A stretch of 64,000 bases of DNA from Prevotella sp. (GCA_022779305.1 JALFSW010000057.1:11910-75909), one strand, 5' to 3'. Counted from the first letter of the stretch, positions 37,401 through 45,260 are shown. The notes: generated by a model from the letters alone, not told the origin. Program-made: numbers and translations.

Positions 37401-37970
37401 AATTGTCTTTCAACCTTGAAGCACGAAACGATGTATTATCCGTCAAGAATAAAACAACTGGTTGACAATCAAGGAGATTTTGAAACCATTGATGAACTAG
37501 CATCCTATTACAAGGAACTCTATACGTTGCTCAGTTTGCAAATTCTGCGGCAGGTTTCTTCGCAAAAACAAAGTGTGACGAAGGTGCTTTTGACAGAAGC
37601 TTTGCCTAAAAATGTGGCGGTGCGTGGTTTGTCGGCAGAACAAACAAGCGTCATTGGAGATACCGACCTGCTGAAATATCTTTTCCGTGTGCTTCAAAAG
37701 CAAATGGGAGTAGCGTTTTCGGAAGTTGTGCTTAACGATGTGGAAGGTGGCTATTTGTCTATTCAGATAGCCACCCAGCAAAAGCAATTGTTCAACTTAG
37801 CAACTGAAGATCTCTTTTCGCCTCATACCGAAAGCATTCCTTTGTTCGTTTGTCGGCAAATTTTGCGTGAAATAGGAGAACGAACCAACCATCGAAGATG
37901 TGGGATCGTTATTAATGAGCAAAACGAAGAGATTATCATTCAAATTATTCTAACGAAAGCAAATCAATAA
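34404..37970 (+). CDS. atypical four-TM, two-module sensor histidine kinase (DUF5112/DUF5113-type architecture)
   Basis: Four hydrophobic segments at aa 6-25, 406-425, 712-734 and 883-905, numbered from M at 34404. HATPase_c N, G1 and G2 boxes are NTLADNARKF, DNGTGI and HGFGLMNC. A HisKA-like box LSTLKHETMYYPSRI lies at aa ~1003-1017. Helical-repeat-rich, possibly TPR-like, first sensor domain. Confidence 0.8.
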   Translation: MKKTKVLILVALLLGAVALGLGIWFSTYATAERQLVDKLNEKAYTFQYKQLDSVSSYANRAYSLSAGYDVGKAEAMNNLAFVDIIKMNYSTAFLRLDSISDVTDNQVELLISDIQRMRLCQRRSLNKDFYDYREQAKRRIRRIKEEENLLTEHQFRRFLYAQTELLLVTSIYYYYVGLEKPSHDALLSINGEELLQQDTAQYLNYTYNIGAGGVLKGKNQDEIYQKEFEVLMRCYEIAREHGYIYFEANALQAISEKLLKTSAPEKLIANNPPAFALINSNHVPDELLAGNLAERALALFSFYGDIYQRASAYRTLASCYWDIKDYHSAVFYLQSALKENPAISQVPDLLASIYEQLSVTFSAINDKRTSDYYRNQYLDRQEQTRQDRYLEARAGQLTQVSEQLNYMIISVIIVIVIVILLLFIFHRMKKRDSNGATLSQLIQPLKEWQQRHNVAMEALQEELEEIEEAGQVEQVHVVKNKEKSLEQRAKVSLLNAITPFIDRILHEIRQLKTKKEDEATRQERLLYVSELTEKINEYNNVLTEWIQLKQGELSLHIERFSVQDVFDVIEKGRRGFILKGIDLQIYPSSDIVKADKGLTLFMINTLADNARKFTPAGGCVEIGSKATDDYVEIFVTDNGTGIAPEVLKDIFSPKVIIDNPKDESHGFGLMNCNGIINKYKKTSKLFSVCSLGAESEVGQGSRFFFRLPKGISHLLLLLSTWACLSLLPASLVAAEKRQKSEREADIVPSKYLDAANHYADSAYYSNVKGNYDATMRFVDSCLVNLNKHYLLLYPKGKYLMRFNAPKTEIAAEIFWFQNGVNTNYSIILDIRNECAVAALALHQWDLYRYSNSVFTHLYKEYYADRTLADYCRMMQRSKTNKNVAISLLIVFLLAIPVIYYFMYYRHQLFYKFCVEQLRGINDILLSDWTTEEKLRRINKVKIDKFPLSLREIVDTIIDALQAAKTQEERMLLRIEWSTDHLKRLAYEDQNLHVSNNILDNCLSTLKHETMYYPSRIKQLVDNQGDFETIDELASYYKELYTLLSLQILRQVSSQKQSVTKVLLTEALPKNVAVRGLSAEQTSVIGDTDLLKYLFRVLQKQMGVAFSEVVLNDVEGGYLSIQIATQQKQLFNLATEDLFSPHTESIPLFVCRQILREIGERTNHRRCGIVINEQNEEIIIQIILTKANQ

Positions 37971-37976
37971 ACAACG

Positions 37977-38702
37977 ATGAATAACTTTAAGATCATAATA
38001 GTAGAGGACGTGCCTTTAGAACTGAAAGGTACGCAAGGAATTATTCGTTCTGAAATCCCTGAAGCCATCATCTTGGGTTCTGCGCAGAATGAAAAAGAGT
38101 ATTGGGCACTGATAAAGGCAGAACTTCCCGCCCTTGTTTTGCTCGACTTGGGGCTTGGTGGGTCTACAACGATAGGTGTGGAGATTTGTCGGCAGACAAA
38201 AGAGATGCACCCAGCGGTGAAAGTTCTGATCTTCACAGGAGAGATATTGAACGAAAAACTTTGGGTGGATGCGTTGGATGCAGGTGCGGATGGTATCTGT
38301 CTGAAGAGTGGCGAGTTGCTGACAAGGGGTGATGTGGTAAGCATTATGGAAGGAAAACGGCTTGTTTTCAATCAACCTATATTAGAAAAGATTGTCGATC
38401 GTTTTCGGGAGAATGTCAATAGTGAACTGATGCACCAAGAAGCGGTCATTAACTATGAAATAGATGAATATGATGAACGCTTTTTGCGCCATTTGGCATT
38501 GGGTTACACGAAAGAGCAGATAACCAATTTGCGTGGTATGCCTTTTGGAGTGAAGAGTTTGGAAAAGCGTCAAAATGAGTTGGTGCAGAAACTTTTTCCC
38601 AATGGGCGAGGTGCAAACGGAGTGAATGCAACCCGACTTGTCGTGCGGGCATTGGAGTTAAGGATCATAGATGTAGACAATCTCTATTCGGATGAAGAAT
38701 AA
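37977..38702 (+). CDS. response regulator, REC plus LuxR/GerE-type HTH
   Basis: Receiver residues VED, LLDLGL (acceptor Asp), IFTGE and CLKSG. The C-terminal FLRHLALGYTKEQI...VKSLEKRQNELVQKLF resembles a LuxR HTH with an insertion. Confidence 0.8.
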   Translation: MNNFKIIIVEDVPLELKGTQGIIRSEIPEAIILGSAQNEKEYWALIKAELPALVLLDLGLGGSTTIGVEICRQTKEMHPAVKVLIFTGEILNEKLWVDALDAGADGICLKSGELLTRGDVVSIMEGKRLVFNQPILEKIVDRFRENVNSELMHQEAVINYEIDEYDERFLRHLALGYTKEQITNLRGMPFGVKSLEKRQNELVQKLFPNGRGANGVNATRLVVRALELRIIDVDNLYSDEE

Positions 38703-39312
38703 ACTTGGCATCATTGCAATATTTCTTCTGGGACTTCAAGGAGTGTTGATACTCTTGTCGTGGATTGCTTCTGCTGCATTTCCAGAATGGCACGTTTCTT
38801 CTTTACTAAGCGAAGAGGGTATCAGATGGTTTTTCAGAACCTTTACGGGTAACTTGGAGACTGATATTTTAATGTGGATATTACTTTTCTTGATGGCGTA
38901 TGGTGCATTGAAAAGGAGTGGCTTGCTTGGTTTAGTGCGTCAATTGTGTTTTGGCGGTGGGAAGATAAGTATGCTTTCTTACCGCCAAAGGATGGGTTTG
39001 CGAACAGTTTTCTTTGAACTATTTATTTTTATTGTGGTAAGTTTGTTGCTCACAATGTTTCCTCAAGCTATTCTTTTGAGTGTAACAGGGGAACTTTTTC
39101 CGAGTAGTTTTTCGGACAGTGTACTTCCTTCTATTTCTTTTGCTTTTATTCTTATAGCATTTAGCTATGGCTTTATAGCGGGTGCTTTCAGAACCTTAAA
39201 TGATGCTTATGCAGCATTGTCAGTGGGATTATTGCCTTTTGTTCGTTTCTTTCCAATCTATTTGTTAATTGTTGAACTGATAAATTCAGTAATTTATATT
39301 TTTCAGTTTTAA
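38692..39312 (+). CDS. small polytopic membrane protein (N-terminal AbgT-like?)
   Basis: 206 aa with 4-5 hydrophobic helices. Its ATG overlaps the regulator stop by 11 nt. LLSEEGIRWFF...GALKRSGLLG recalls the AbgT/YdaH N-terminal region (from memory, unverified). Confidence 0.6.
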   Translation: MKNKLGIIAIFLLGLQGVLILLSWIASAAFPEWHVSSLLSEEGIRWFFRTFTGNLETDILMWILLFLMAYGALKRSGLLGLVRQLCFGGGKISMLSYRQRMGLRTVFFELFIFIVVSLLLTMFPQAILLSVTGELFPSSFSDSVLPSISFAFILIAFSYGFIAGAFRTLNDAYAALSVGLLPFVRFFPIYLLIVELINSVIYIFQF

Positions 39313-39321
39313 AAAGCAAAA

Positions 39322-39385
39322 CCCTAAAACTCTCTTTCTTGTAAAGCAATTAGAATATATTTGCTTTATGAAAAAGTGTTTTAGG
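39322..39385. terminator. nested hairpin between convergent genes
   Basis: The outer stem is CCCTAAAAC with GTTTTAGGG (9 bp). The inner stem is TAAAGCAA with TTGCTTTA (8 bp). Confidence 0.55.
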
Positions 39386-39400
39386 GAAGTGAAGAGCGTT

Positions 39401-40006
39401 TTATTTGTTGAAATTGTTTAATCTTGCAATGTATTTACCGAGTATATCGAACTCAAGGTTTACAATAGATCCAATTTTGATGTCAGCAAAGTTGGTGTTT
39501 TCTAAGGTGTAGGGAATGATGGCAACTTTAAATGTATTGTCGGATGGTTCACACACAGTGAGCGATACACCATTTACCGTAACAGATCCTTTGTCTACTG
39601 TGAAATAACCACGGCGAGCCATTTCTATGTCGTTTTTATACTCGAATGTGAAATAGGTACTACCATTGGCGTTTTCCATTGCAACACATTTTGCCGTTTC
39701 ATCGACGTGTCCCTGGACAATGTGTCCATCTAATCTGCCATTCATCAACATTGAACGTTCAATGTTTACACGCTCACCCACACTCAACAAACCTAAGTTT
39801 GAACGTTCGAGCGTTTCTTTCATAGCCGTAACGGTGTAGGTTTCATCTTCTAATCTAACCACCGTTAAGCATACACCATTGTGTGCAACGCTTTGATCTA
39901 TCTTGAGTTCATTTGTAAACGAACATTTAAACGTAAAGTCGATATTTTCTTTGTAATGTTCAATGGCAACTACTTCTGCCATCTCTTCAACAATGCCTGA
40001 GAACAT
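39401..40006 (-). CDS. ribE: riboflavin synthase (alpha chain)
   Basis: MFSGIVEE N-terminus and two lumazine-binding repeats (NGVCLTV, NGVSLTV). The track ORF extends 71 codons upstream, but MFSGIV is the canonical start. Confidence 0.92.
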   Translation of the reverse strand: MFSGIVEEMAEVVAIEHYKENIDFTFKCSFTNELKIDQSVAHNGVCLTVVRLEDETYTVTAMKETLERSNLGLLSVGERVNIERSMLMNGRLDGHIVQGHVDETAKCVAMENANGSTYFTFEYKNDIEMARRGYFTVDKGSVTVNGVSLTVCEPSDNTFKVAIIPYTLENTNFADIKIGSIVNLEFDILGKYIARLNNFNK

Positions 40007-40069
40007 ATTTTCCTTTCTTTGATAAATTGTTGTAAATCTTTTGTCTTGTTTCGATAGATTAGAAAAAAT

Positions 40070-40102
40070 AAAAGTGAGGTTTCTTGACGAAGCCTCACTT
40101 TT
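40070..40102 (-). terminator. terminator / attenuator hairpin in the ribE leader
   Basis: On the minus strand, AAAAGTGAGG cttcgtcaagaaa CCTCACTTTT gives a 10-bp stem followed by ATTTTTT. It ends about 60 nt before the ribE ATG. Confidence 0.65.
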
Positions 40103-40336
40103 GTTTTCCCTCTCTAAATGAGGATGTTTGAAAGTCGTATCGATGATGTGATGAAAAGTCCGAGTATCAATGATAAGAGAGTTCTCTGCCTTTGTAATCC
40201 GCTCGTCTTGCGACTTCATTGAAACGATTCAACTATGTGGCACGCCATCAACAAGAGAAATCTTCTCGCTTTTCTTATTTATTTGATGACTATCCCAATC
40301 GAACCGATACGACTATTGGGGTATCCTTTCTGAATG

Positions 40337-40344
40337 CAAAGATA
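40337..40344 (-). promoter_or_regulatory. Bacteroidota promoter for ribE (-7 TATCTTTG; -33 TTTG at 40364-40367, 19-nt spacer)
   Basis: The minus strand reads TTTG ataagtaaaaaaaaaatac TATCTTTG. Both consensus elements are present at consensus spacing. Confidence 0.55.
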
Positions 40345-40390
40345 GTATTTTTTTTTTACTTATCAAATTTTTGCATCCAATTATAGGCTA

Positions 40391-41749
40391 TTACATGATG
40401 GTATCAAGCAATATTTCACCGATTGTTGGGTGAATATGGATGATGTTTTTCACATCATCCAAGGTTGCATCATGATTCATTAAGGCTGCAACTTCTTGCA
40501 CAATGTCGGCAGAATGTGCTCCAAAAACATGGCAACCAATAATTTTCCCAGCCTCATCAGCAATTACTTTCAACATACCTTCGGTTTCTTCCATTGCCAA
40601 TGCTTTACCGTTGGAACGATAGAATCCTTTTTTGACGATGCAAGCAATGCCTGCCTGTTTGCAAGCGTCTTCCGACATACCGACAGATCCAGCTTCTGGA
40701 TAGGTGAAAACGGCAGCGGGCATGATGTCGAAACGTATTTTGTCTTGTTTGTTTAGGAGTTTATGAATTACTTTCAACCCTTGGAAAGTAGCAGCATGTG
40801 CTAACATTTGTTTGCCATTCACATCTCCAATCGCATAGACACCTTCAACGTTTGTTTCGTAATCATCATTCGTTTGAATACCTGTCTTGTTCGTAAGAAT
40901 ACCAGCTACATCTAAGTTGAGCCCTTCAACGTTTGCTGCTCTGCCTGTAGCAACGAGTACGATGTCGGCAGTTACTTCTTTTTCTTTTCCTTTTTGAGTG
41001 AAAGAAACCGTAACTTGCTGATTGTCTGCTGTTGCAACGATATTGTTTACAGCACTTTGCAAATTGAAATTGATGCCTCGCTTTTCCATAGTCTTGCGCA
41101 AACGCTTTGCTATGTCTGAATCAATTGTAGGCAAACATTCTTTCATGAACTCAATAACTGTTATGCTACTGCCAAACGTTTGAAAGGCAGATGCAAACTC
41201 AAGACCAATTACACCAGCTCCAATGATCGCCATTGATTTTGGAACATAATTGATATTGAGCAACTCTGTTGAGGTCATTACTTTATCGGAAAGTGGCTTT
41301 CCTTCCTCTGATGCAAAGTCGGGAATAAACGGAAGCATGCGAGCGTGCGATCCTGTTGCGATAATGATATTGTCGGCGGTTATCTCTGTGTTATTGACAG
41401 CGATAACTTTAGGTGCAACAAACTTTGCTTCACCCTCTATATAGTTGATATTGGGATGTGATAGGAGTCCTTTCACGCCTTCGCGGAGTTGAAGAAGAAC
41501 ATTGTTTTTCCGCTCTAAGATGCGTTCAAAGTCTATCGAAATAGTCTCAGAAGACGCAAGAAGAGGATTTCTGAGCAAGTCGGCATCATGTGCAAAGCTC
41601 TTTGTAGGAATACATCCTTCGTTCAAACAAGTTCCGCCTGGATGCTTTTTTTCAATGATTGTAACCTTCAGACCTTCTTTTGCAGCGTGAACCGCAGTGT
41701 GATAGCCTCCTGGTCCAGCACCTATGATAATCAAATCGGTCTTTTCCAT
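40391..41749 (-). CDS. lpdA: dihydrolipoyl dehydrogenase (L-protein)
   Basis: Motifs IIGAGPGG, redox-active GGTCLNEGCIPTK, and a C-terminal HPTIGE interface motif. Confidence 0.93.
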   Translation of the reverse strand: MEKTDLIIIGAGPGGYHTAVHAAKEGLKVTIIEKKHPGGTCLNEGCIPTKSFAHDADLLRNPLLASSETISIDFERILERKNNVLLQLREGVKGLLSHPNINYIEGEAKFVAPKVIAVNNTEITADNIIIATGSHARMLPFIPDFASEEGKPLSDKVMTSTELLNINYVPKSMAIIGAGVIGLEFASAFQTFGSSITVIEFMKECLPTIDSDIAKRLRKTMEKRGINFNLQSAVNNIVATADNQQVTVSFTQKGKEKEVTADIVLVATGRAANVEGLNLDVAGILTNKTGIQTNDDYETNVEGVYAIGDVNGKQMLAHAATFQGLKVIHKLLNKQDKIRFDIMPAAVFTYPEAGSVGMSEDACKQAGIACIVKKGFYRSNGKALAMEETEGMLKVIADEAGKIIGCHVFGAHSADIVQEVAALMNHDATLDDVKNIIHIHPTIGEILLDTIM

Positions 41750-41763
41750 AATTCCTTTTCTTT

Positions 41764-43248
41764 TTATTTAGCCTGATTAGCCAATGATTGACGATAGTTC
41801 AGAATAGGATTTTTGGCTGCAAGCACATCATCTACACGACCGATTGGTGTGTTGTGTGGTGCTTCTTTGAGCTCCGTTGGTTGTTCTTTTGCTTCTTTGG
41901 CAATGACGTGCATGATGTTAATAAAGTCATCAAGCGTCTTTTTGCTCTCTGTTTCTGTAGGCTCAATCATCATCGCTTCATGGAAAAGCAATGGGAAATA
42001 GATGGTTGGAGCGTGGAAGCCATAGTCCAAAAGACGTTTTGCCACATCCATAGTAGTGATGCCAGTAGACTTGTCTTTCAAGCCATCGAAAACAAATTCG
42101 TGCATGCAAACACTTTCAATAGGCAATTCGTAGTCGTCTTTCAAGCATTCTTTTATATAATTTGCATTGAGCGTTGCATAAGGACCTACCATCTTAAGGT
42201 TTTCTTTTCCGAGTGTGAGAATATAAGTATAGGCTCTTAAACTCACAAGGAAGTTACCCATATTTCGACCTACTCGCATGCAATTCAGTGCATAGTCGCC
42301 CGTGTTTTGAGGCAATTCTACGTCATAACCATTTTCTGTGCGCACAACATGGGGTTTTGGAAGAAATTCAACCAAATCTTCTCTAACACCTACTGGACCA
42401 TTACCTGGACCACCACCACCGTGTGGTGTAGAGAATGTTTTATGGATATTGATGTGCATTACATCAAAACCCATGTCTCCAGGACGTGCCACACCGAGCA
42501 AAGGATTGAGGTTTGCACCATCATAATACATCAGACCACCACATTCGTGTACGAGTTTTGCTATCTCTGGAATTTCCTTTTCAAACAAACCTAAGGTGTT
42601 GGGGTTGGTCATCATCATACCAGCGATGTCGTCGCCAAGCAACGGCTTGAGGTCTTCAACGTCTACCAATCCATTGGCTTTACTCTTAACCTCAACGATT
42701 TCAAGTCCGCAAACTGCTGCCGATGCGGGGTTTGTACCGTGTGCAGAATCTGGAATGATAATCTTTGTACGTTTAAAGTCGCCACGCTTTTGATGATATG
42801 AAGCGATAACCATCAATCCAACAAACTCTCCTTGTGCTCCAGCGTATGGGTTGAGTGTGAAATCATAGAGTCCAGAGATGTTTGCCAATGCTTTTTTCAG
42901 ATTGTATTCTACTTCCAAAGCACCTTGAACCGTACTGATAGGTTGCATTGGATGCAATCCTGCGAAACTTGGCATTGCTGCAATTTCTTCATTGATGATA
43001 GGGTTATACTTCATCGTGCAAGACCCCAATGGATAAAAACCATTGTTCACACCGAAGTTATTTCCACTGTGATTGGTGTAATGCCGCACTACAGTTAGCT
43101 CATCGCATTCAGGCAGTTCTGCATCTTTTTCACGTTTGAGATGGCTTGGGAAGTCGTAATTGCCAAAATTATTCTTAGGTAGGCTATAAGCTCTTCTTCC
43201 TGGATGAGAAAGCTCAAATATCAAATTGCCATATAATCTGTTGTTCAT
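41764..43248 (-). CDS. gcvPB: glycine dehydrogenase (aminomethyl-transferring) subunit 2
   Basis: 494 aa with the PLP-lysine region NIHKTFSTPHGGGGPG. Confidence 0.93.
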   Translation of the reverse strand: MNNRLYGNLIFELSHPGRRAYSLPKNNFGNYDFPSHLKREKDAELPECDELTVVRHYTNHSGNNFGVNNGFYPLGSCTMKYNPIINEEIAAMPSFAGLHPMQPISTVQGALEVEYNLKKALANISGLYDFTLNPYAGAQGEFVGLMVIASYHQKRGDFKRTKIIIPDSAHGTNPASAAVCGLEIVEVKSKANGLVDVEDLKPLLGDDIAGMMMTNPNTLGLFEKEIPEIAKLVHECGGLMYYDGANLNPLLGVARPGDMGFDVMHINIHKTFSTPHGGGGPGNGPVGVREDLVEFLPKPHVVRTENGYDVELPQNTGDYALNCMRVGRNMGNFLVSLRAYTYILTLGKENLKMVGPYATLNANYIKECLKDDYELPIESVCMHEFVFDGLKDKSTGITTMDVAKRLLDYGFHAPTIYFPLLFHEAMMIEPTETESKKTLDDFINIMHVIAKEAKEQPTELKEAPHNTPIGRVDDVLAAKNPILNYRQSLANQAK

Positions 43249-43297
43249 TTCTTCAATTGTTTAGTGTTACGAATATTTTGTTGATGATGTCTGAACA

Positions 43298-44608
43298 TTA
43301 AAACAATGCGATGAACGCATCGATTTCTTCTTTTGTTCGTTTCTCTGTTACGGCTATGAGTAGTTGGTCTTCACCGACTTTTACGCCTGGAAGAATGCCA
43401 TTTTCAATAGCCTTGTCATAGAAAGTGTCTCGATTAGGGATACTAACTAAAAATTCATTGAAGAAAGGCTGGTCATAAACAAGTTGCGCTTTGTTTGTTT
43501 TCGTGAGCTGTTCGCAAAGATAATGTGCGGCATCATAGCTCATCTTCGCAGCTTCTTTTACGCCTTCTTTGCCCATGATTGCCATATAAATGGTAGAGAA
43601 CAATGCCATCAGGCTTTGGTTAGAACAAATGTTTGATGTGGCTTTTTGACGGCGGATGTGTTGTTCGCGTGCTTGGAGGGTAAGTGCGAACACGCGTTGT
43701 CCTCTTGTGTCTTTTGTTTGACCAACGATTCGTCCTGGCATTTTGCGCATCATCTTTTGTGTTGCAGCCATATATCCTGCATACGGACCTCCGAACGCCA
43801 TAGGGATACCAAGGCTTTGAACGTCGCCCACAGCAATATCCGCTCCCCATTCTCCTGGTGTTTTGAGCAAAGCAAGGTCGGCAGCGATGCTATTGATAAT
43901 GAAAAGTGCTTTCTTTTTGTGGCAGATGTCAGCAAAACCTGTGAAATCTTCTGTTATTCCGAAGTAGTTAGGTTGTTGCACAATCATTCCAGAAACGCTG
44001 TGTGCGTCTAACTTTTCTTCTAAATCAGTTTTGCAAGTAACGCCATTGTGATTCTTCACGGCAACGAGTTTGATGTTTTGGAAATGTGCATAGGTTTTCA
44101 GCACTTCCACGATTTGTGGATCAATGGTTTCCGAATACAGCACTGTGTCGGCTTTGCTTGATGATGCGTTAGCTACGAGCATTGCTTCAGCCGTTGCGGT
44201 TGAACCATCATAGAGTGATGCATTGGCTACGTCCATGTTGGTGAGTTCGGTTATCATACTCTGAAATTCAAAGATATAGTGCAATGTTCCTTGTGAGATT
44301 TCAGCTTGATAGGGAGTGTATGAAGTTAAAAATTCCGAACGTTGAACAATGTTAGGTACTGCGCTAGGTGTGTAATGGTCATAAACACCAGCTCCAGCAA
44401 AACAAGTGAGCACCTTATTTTTATTGCCAAGTTTATTAAAGTACTGTCTTATTTCTAATTCACTTTTTGCTTCGGGTATATCATATTCTCCATTAAAGCG
44501 CAAACTTTCAGGGATGTTTGCAAAGAGATCTTCAATGTTTTTTGCTCCGACTTTGTCGAGCATTTGTTGTGTCTCTTCTTGAGTATGTGGAAAGAATTTA
44601 AAATTCAT
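43298..44608 (-). CDS. gcvPA: glycine dehydrogenase (aminomethyl-transferring) subunit 1
   Basis: 436 aa with SYTPYQAEISQG and ASLYDGSTA motifs. Confidence 0.93.
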   Translation of the reverse strand: MNFKFFPHTQEETQQMLDKVGAKNIEDLFANIPESLRFNGEYDIPEAKSELEIRQYFNKLGNKNKVLTCFAGAGVYDHYTPSAVPNIVQRSEFLTSYTPYQAEISQGTLHYIFEFQSMITELTNMDVANASLYDGSTATAEAMLVANASSSKADTVLYSETIDPQIVEVLKTYAHFQNIKLVAVKNHNGVTCKTDLEEKLDAHSVSGMIVQQPNYFGITEDFTGFADICHKKKALFIINSIAADLALLKTPGEWGADIAVGDVQSLGIPMAFGGPYAGYMAATQKMMRKMPGRIVGQTKDTRGQRVFALTLQAREQHIRRQKATSNICSNQSLMALFSTIYMAIMGKEGVKEAAKMSYDAAHYLCEQLTKTNKAQLVYDQPFFNEFLVSIPNRDTFYDKAIENGILPGVKVGEDQLLIAVTEKRTKEEIDAFIALF

Positions 44609-44686
44609 ATTGTTTAGGATTTGTTAGTTTTTTAAGTGAGGGAATTAGCCTTTATTTTTTCATTTCCCCCTTGTTTTTTGAATGCA

Positions 44687-44740
44687 AAATAACTGTTTTC
44701 TTTCTGCAAAGCATTTGTTTGAGACTGAAAACAGTTATTT
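44687..44740 (-). other. 14-bp perfect hairpin between gcvH and gcvPA
   Basis: AAATAACTGTTTTC ... GAAAACAGTTATTT with a 26-nt loop. No strong U-tract. Confidence 0.6.
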
Positions 44741-44765
44741 CTTCTAAAACATCGTTATTCAGTAA

Positions 44766-45146
44766 CTATTTTGCGCAGAATTCTTCGTAGGCTTTTGCAT
44801 CCATGAGGTTGTCGAGTTCTGATTTGTCAGACAGTTCAACCTTAATAATCCAATTTGCGTAAGCGTCTTGATTGAGAAGTTCTGGCTGATCTTCTAATGC
44901 TTCGTTCACTTCCACAACCTTTCCCGATACAGGTGAATTGAGGTCAGAGGCAGCTTTTACGCTTTCTACTGCACCAAAACCTTCTTCCACTTCCACTTCA
45001 TCGTCTACTTCGGGCATGTCTACATATACAACATTGCCCAATGCGTGTTGTGCATAGTCAGTGATACCAATATAAGCGAAATCGCCTTCTACTTTTACGT
45101 ATTCGTGTGACTCTGCATAGAAGAGTCCTTCGATAACTTTTGCCAT
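44766..45146 (-). CDS. gcvH: glycine cleavage system H protein
   Basis: Lipoyl-lysine motif VESVKAASD. Start set at MAKVIEGLFY (126 aa). Confidence 0.93.
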   Translation of the reverse strand: MAKVIEGLFYAESHEYVKVEGDFAYIGITDYAQHALGNVVYVDMPEVDDEVEVEEGFGAVESVKAASDLNSPVSGKVVEVNEALEDQPELLNQDAYANWIIKVELSDKSELDNLMDAKAYEEFCAK

Positions 45147-45260
45147 AATTTGAATATTTTTATTTATTTGTTTTATTGTTTCGATTGAAAGGTGGGCGAG
45201 CTTCATTTGTCGCTCACCTATTTTTTTAATAGTGCCTACCTTTTTATATTGAGGCTACTT

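Noticed and set aside
39401-40219. 272-aa extended riboflavin synthase ORF from the track
   Set aside because: The canonical MFSGIVEE start is at 40006. The extra 71 codons run through a promoter-distal leader and a strong terminator hairpin, so the extension is an open-frame artefact. Similar 5' extensions were trimmed for rpe, truA, dapA, gcvH, bamD, uvrB, the Lrp gene, the kinase and others.
40290-40316. tRNA or tRNA fragment suggested by GGTTCGATTGG (T-loop-like) on the minus strand
   Set aside because: The flanks cannot form a T-stem, acceptor stem or anticodon arm. The sequence is just the loop of the CCCAAT and ATTGGG hairpin in the ribE leader.
40007-40345. Canonical FMN (RFN) riboswitch upstream of ribE
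   Set aside because: I reverse-complemented the whole leader and looked for the conserved blocks GGGCAGGGT, AATTCCC, ACCGGCGGT, CCGACAGT and AGTCTGGATG. None is present, even approximately. The region is kept as a finding only as an unclassified structured leader. A covariance-model search is needed to be sure.
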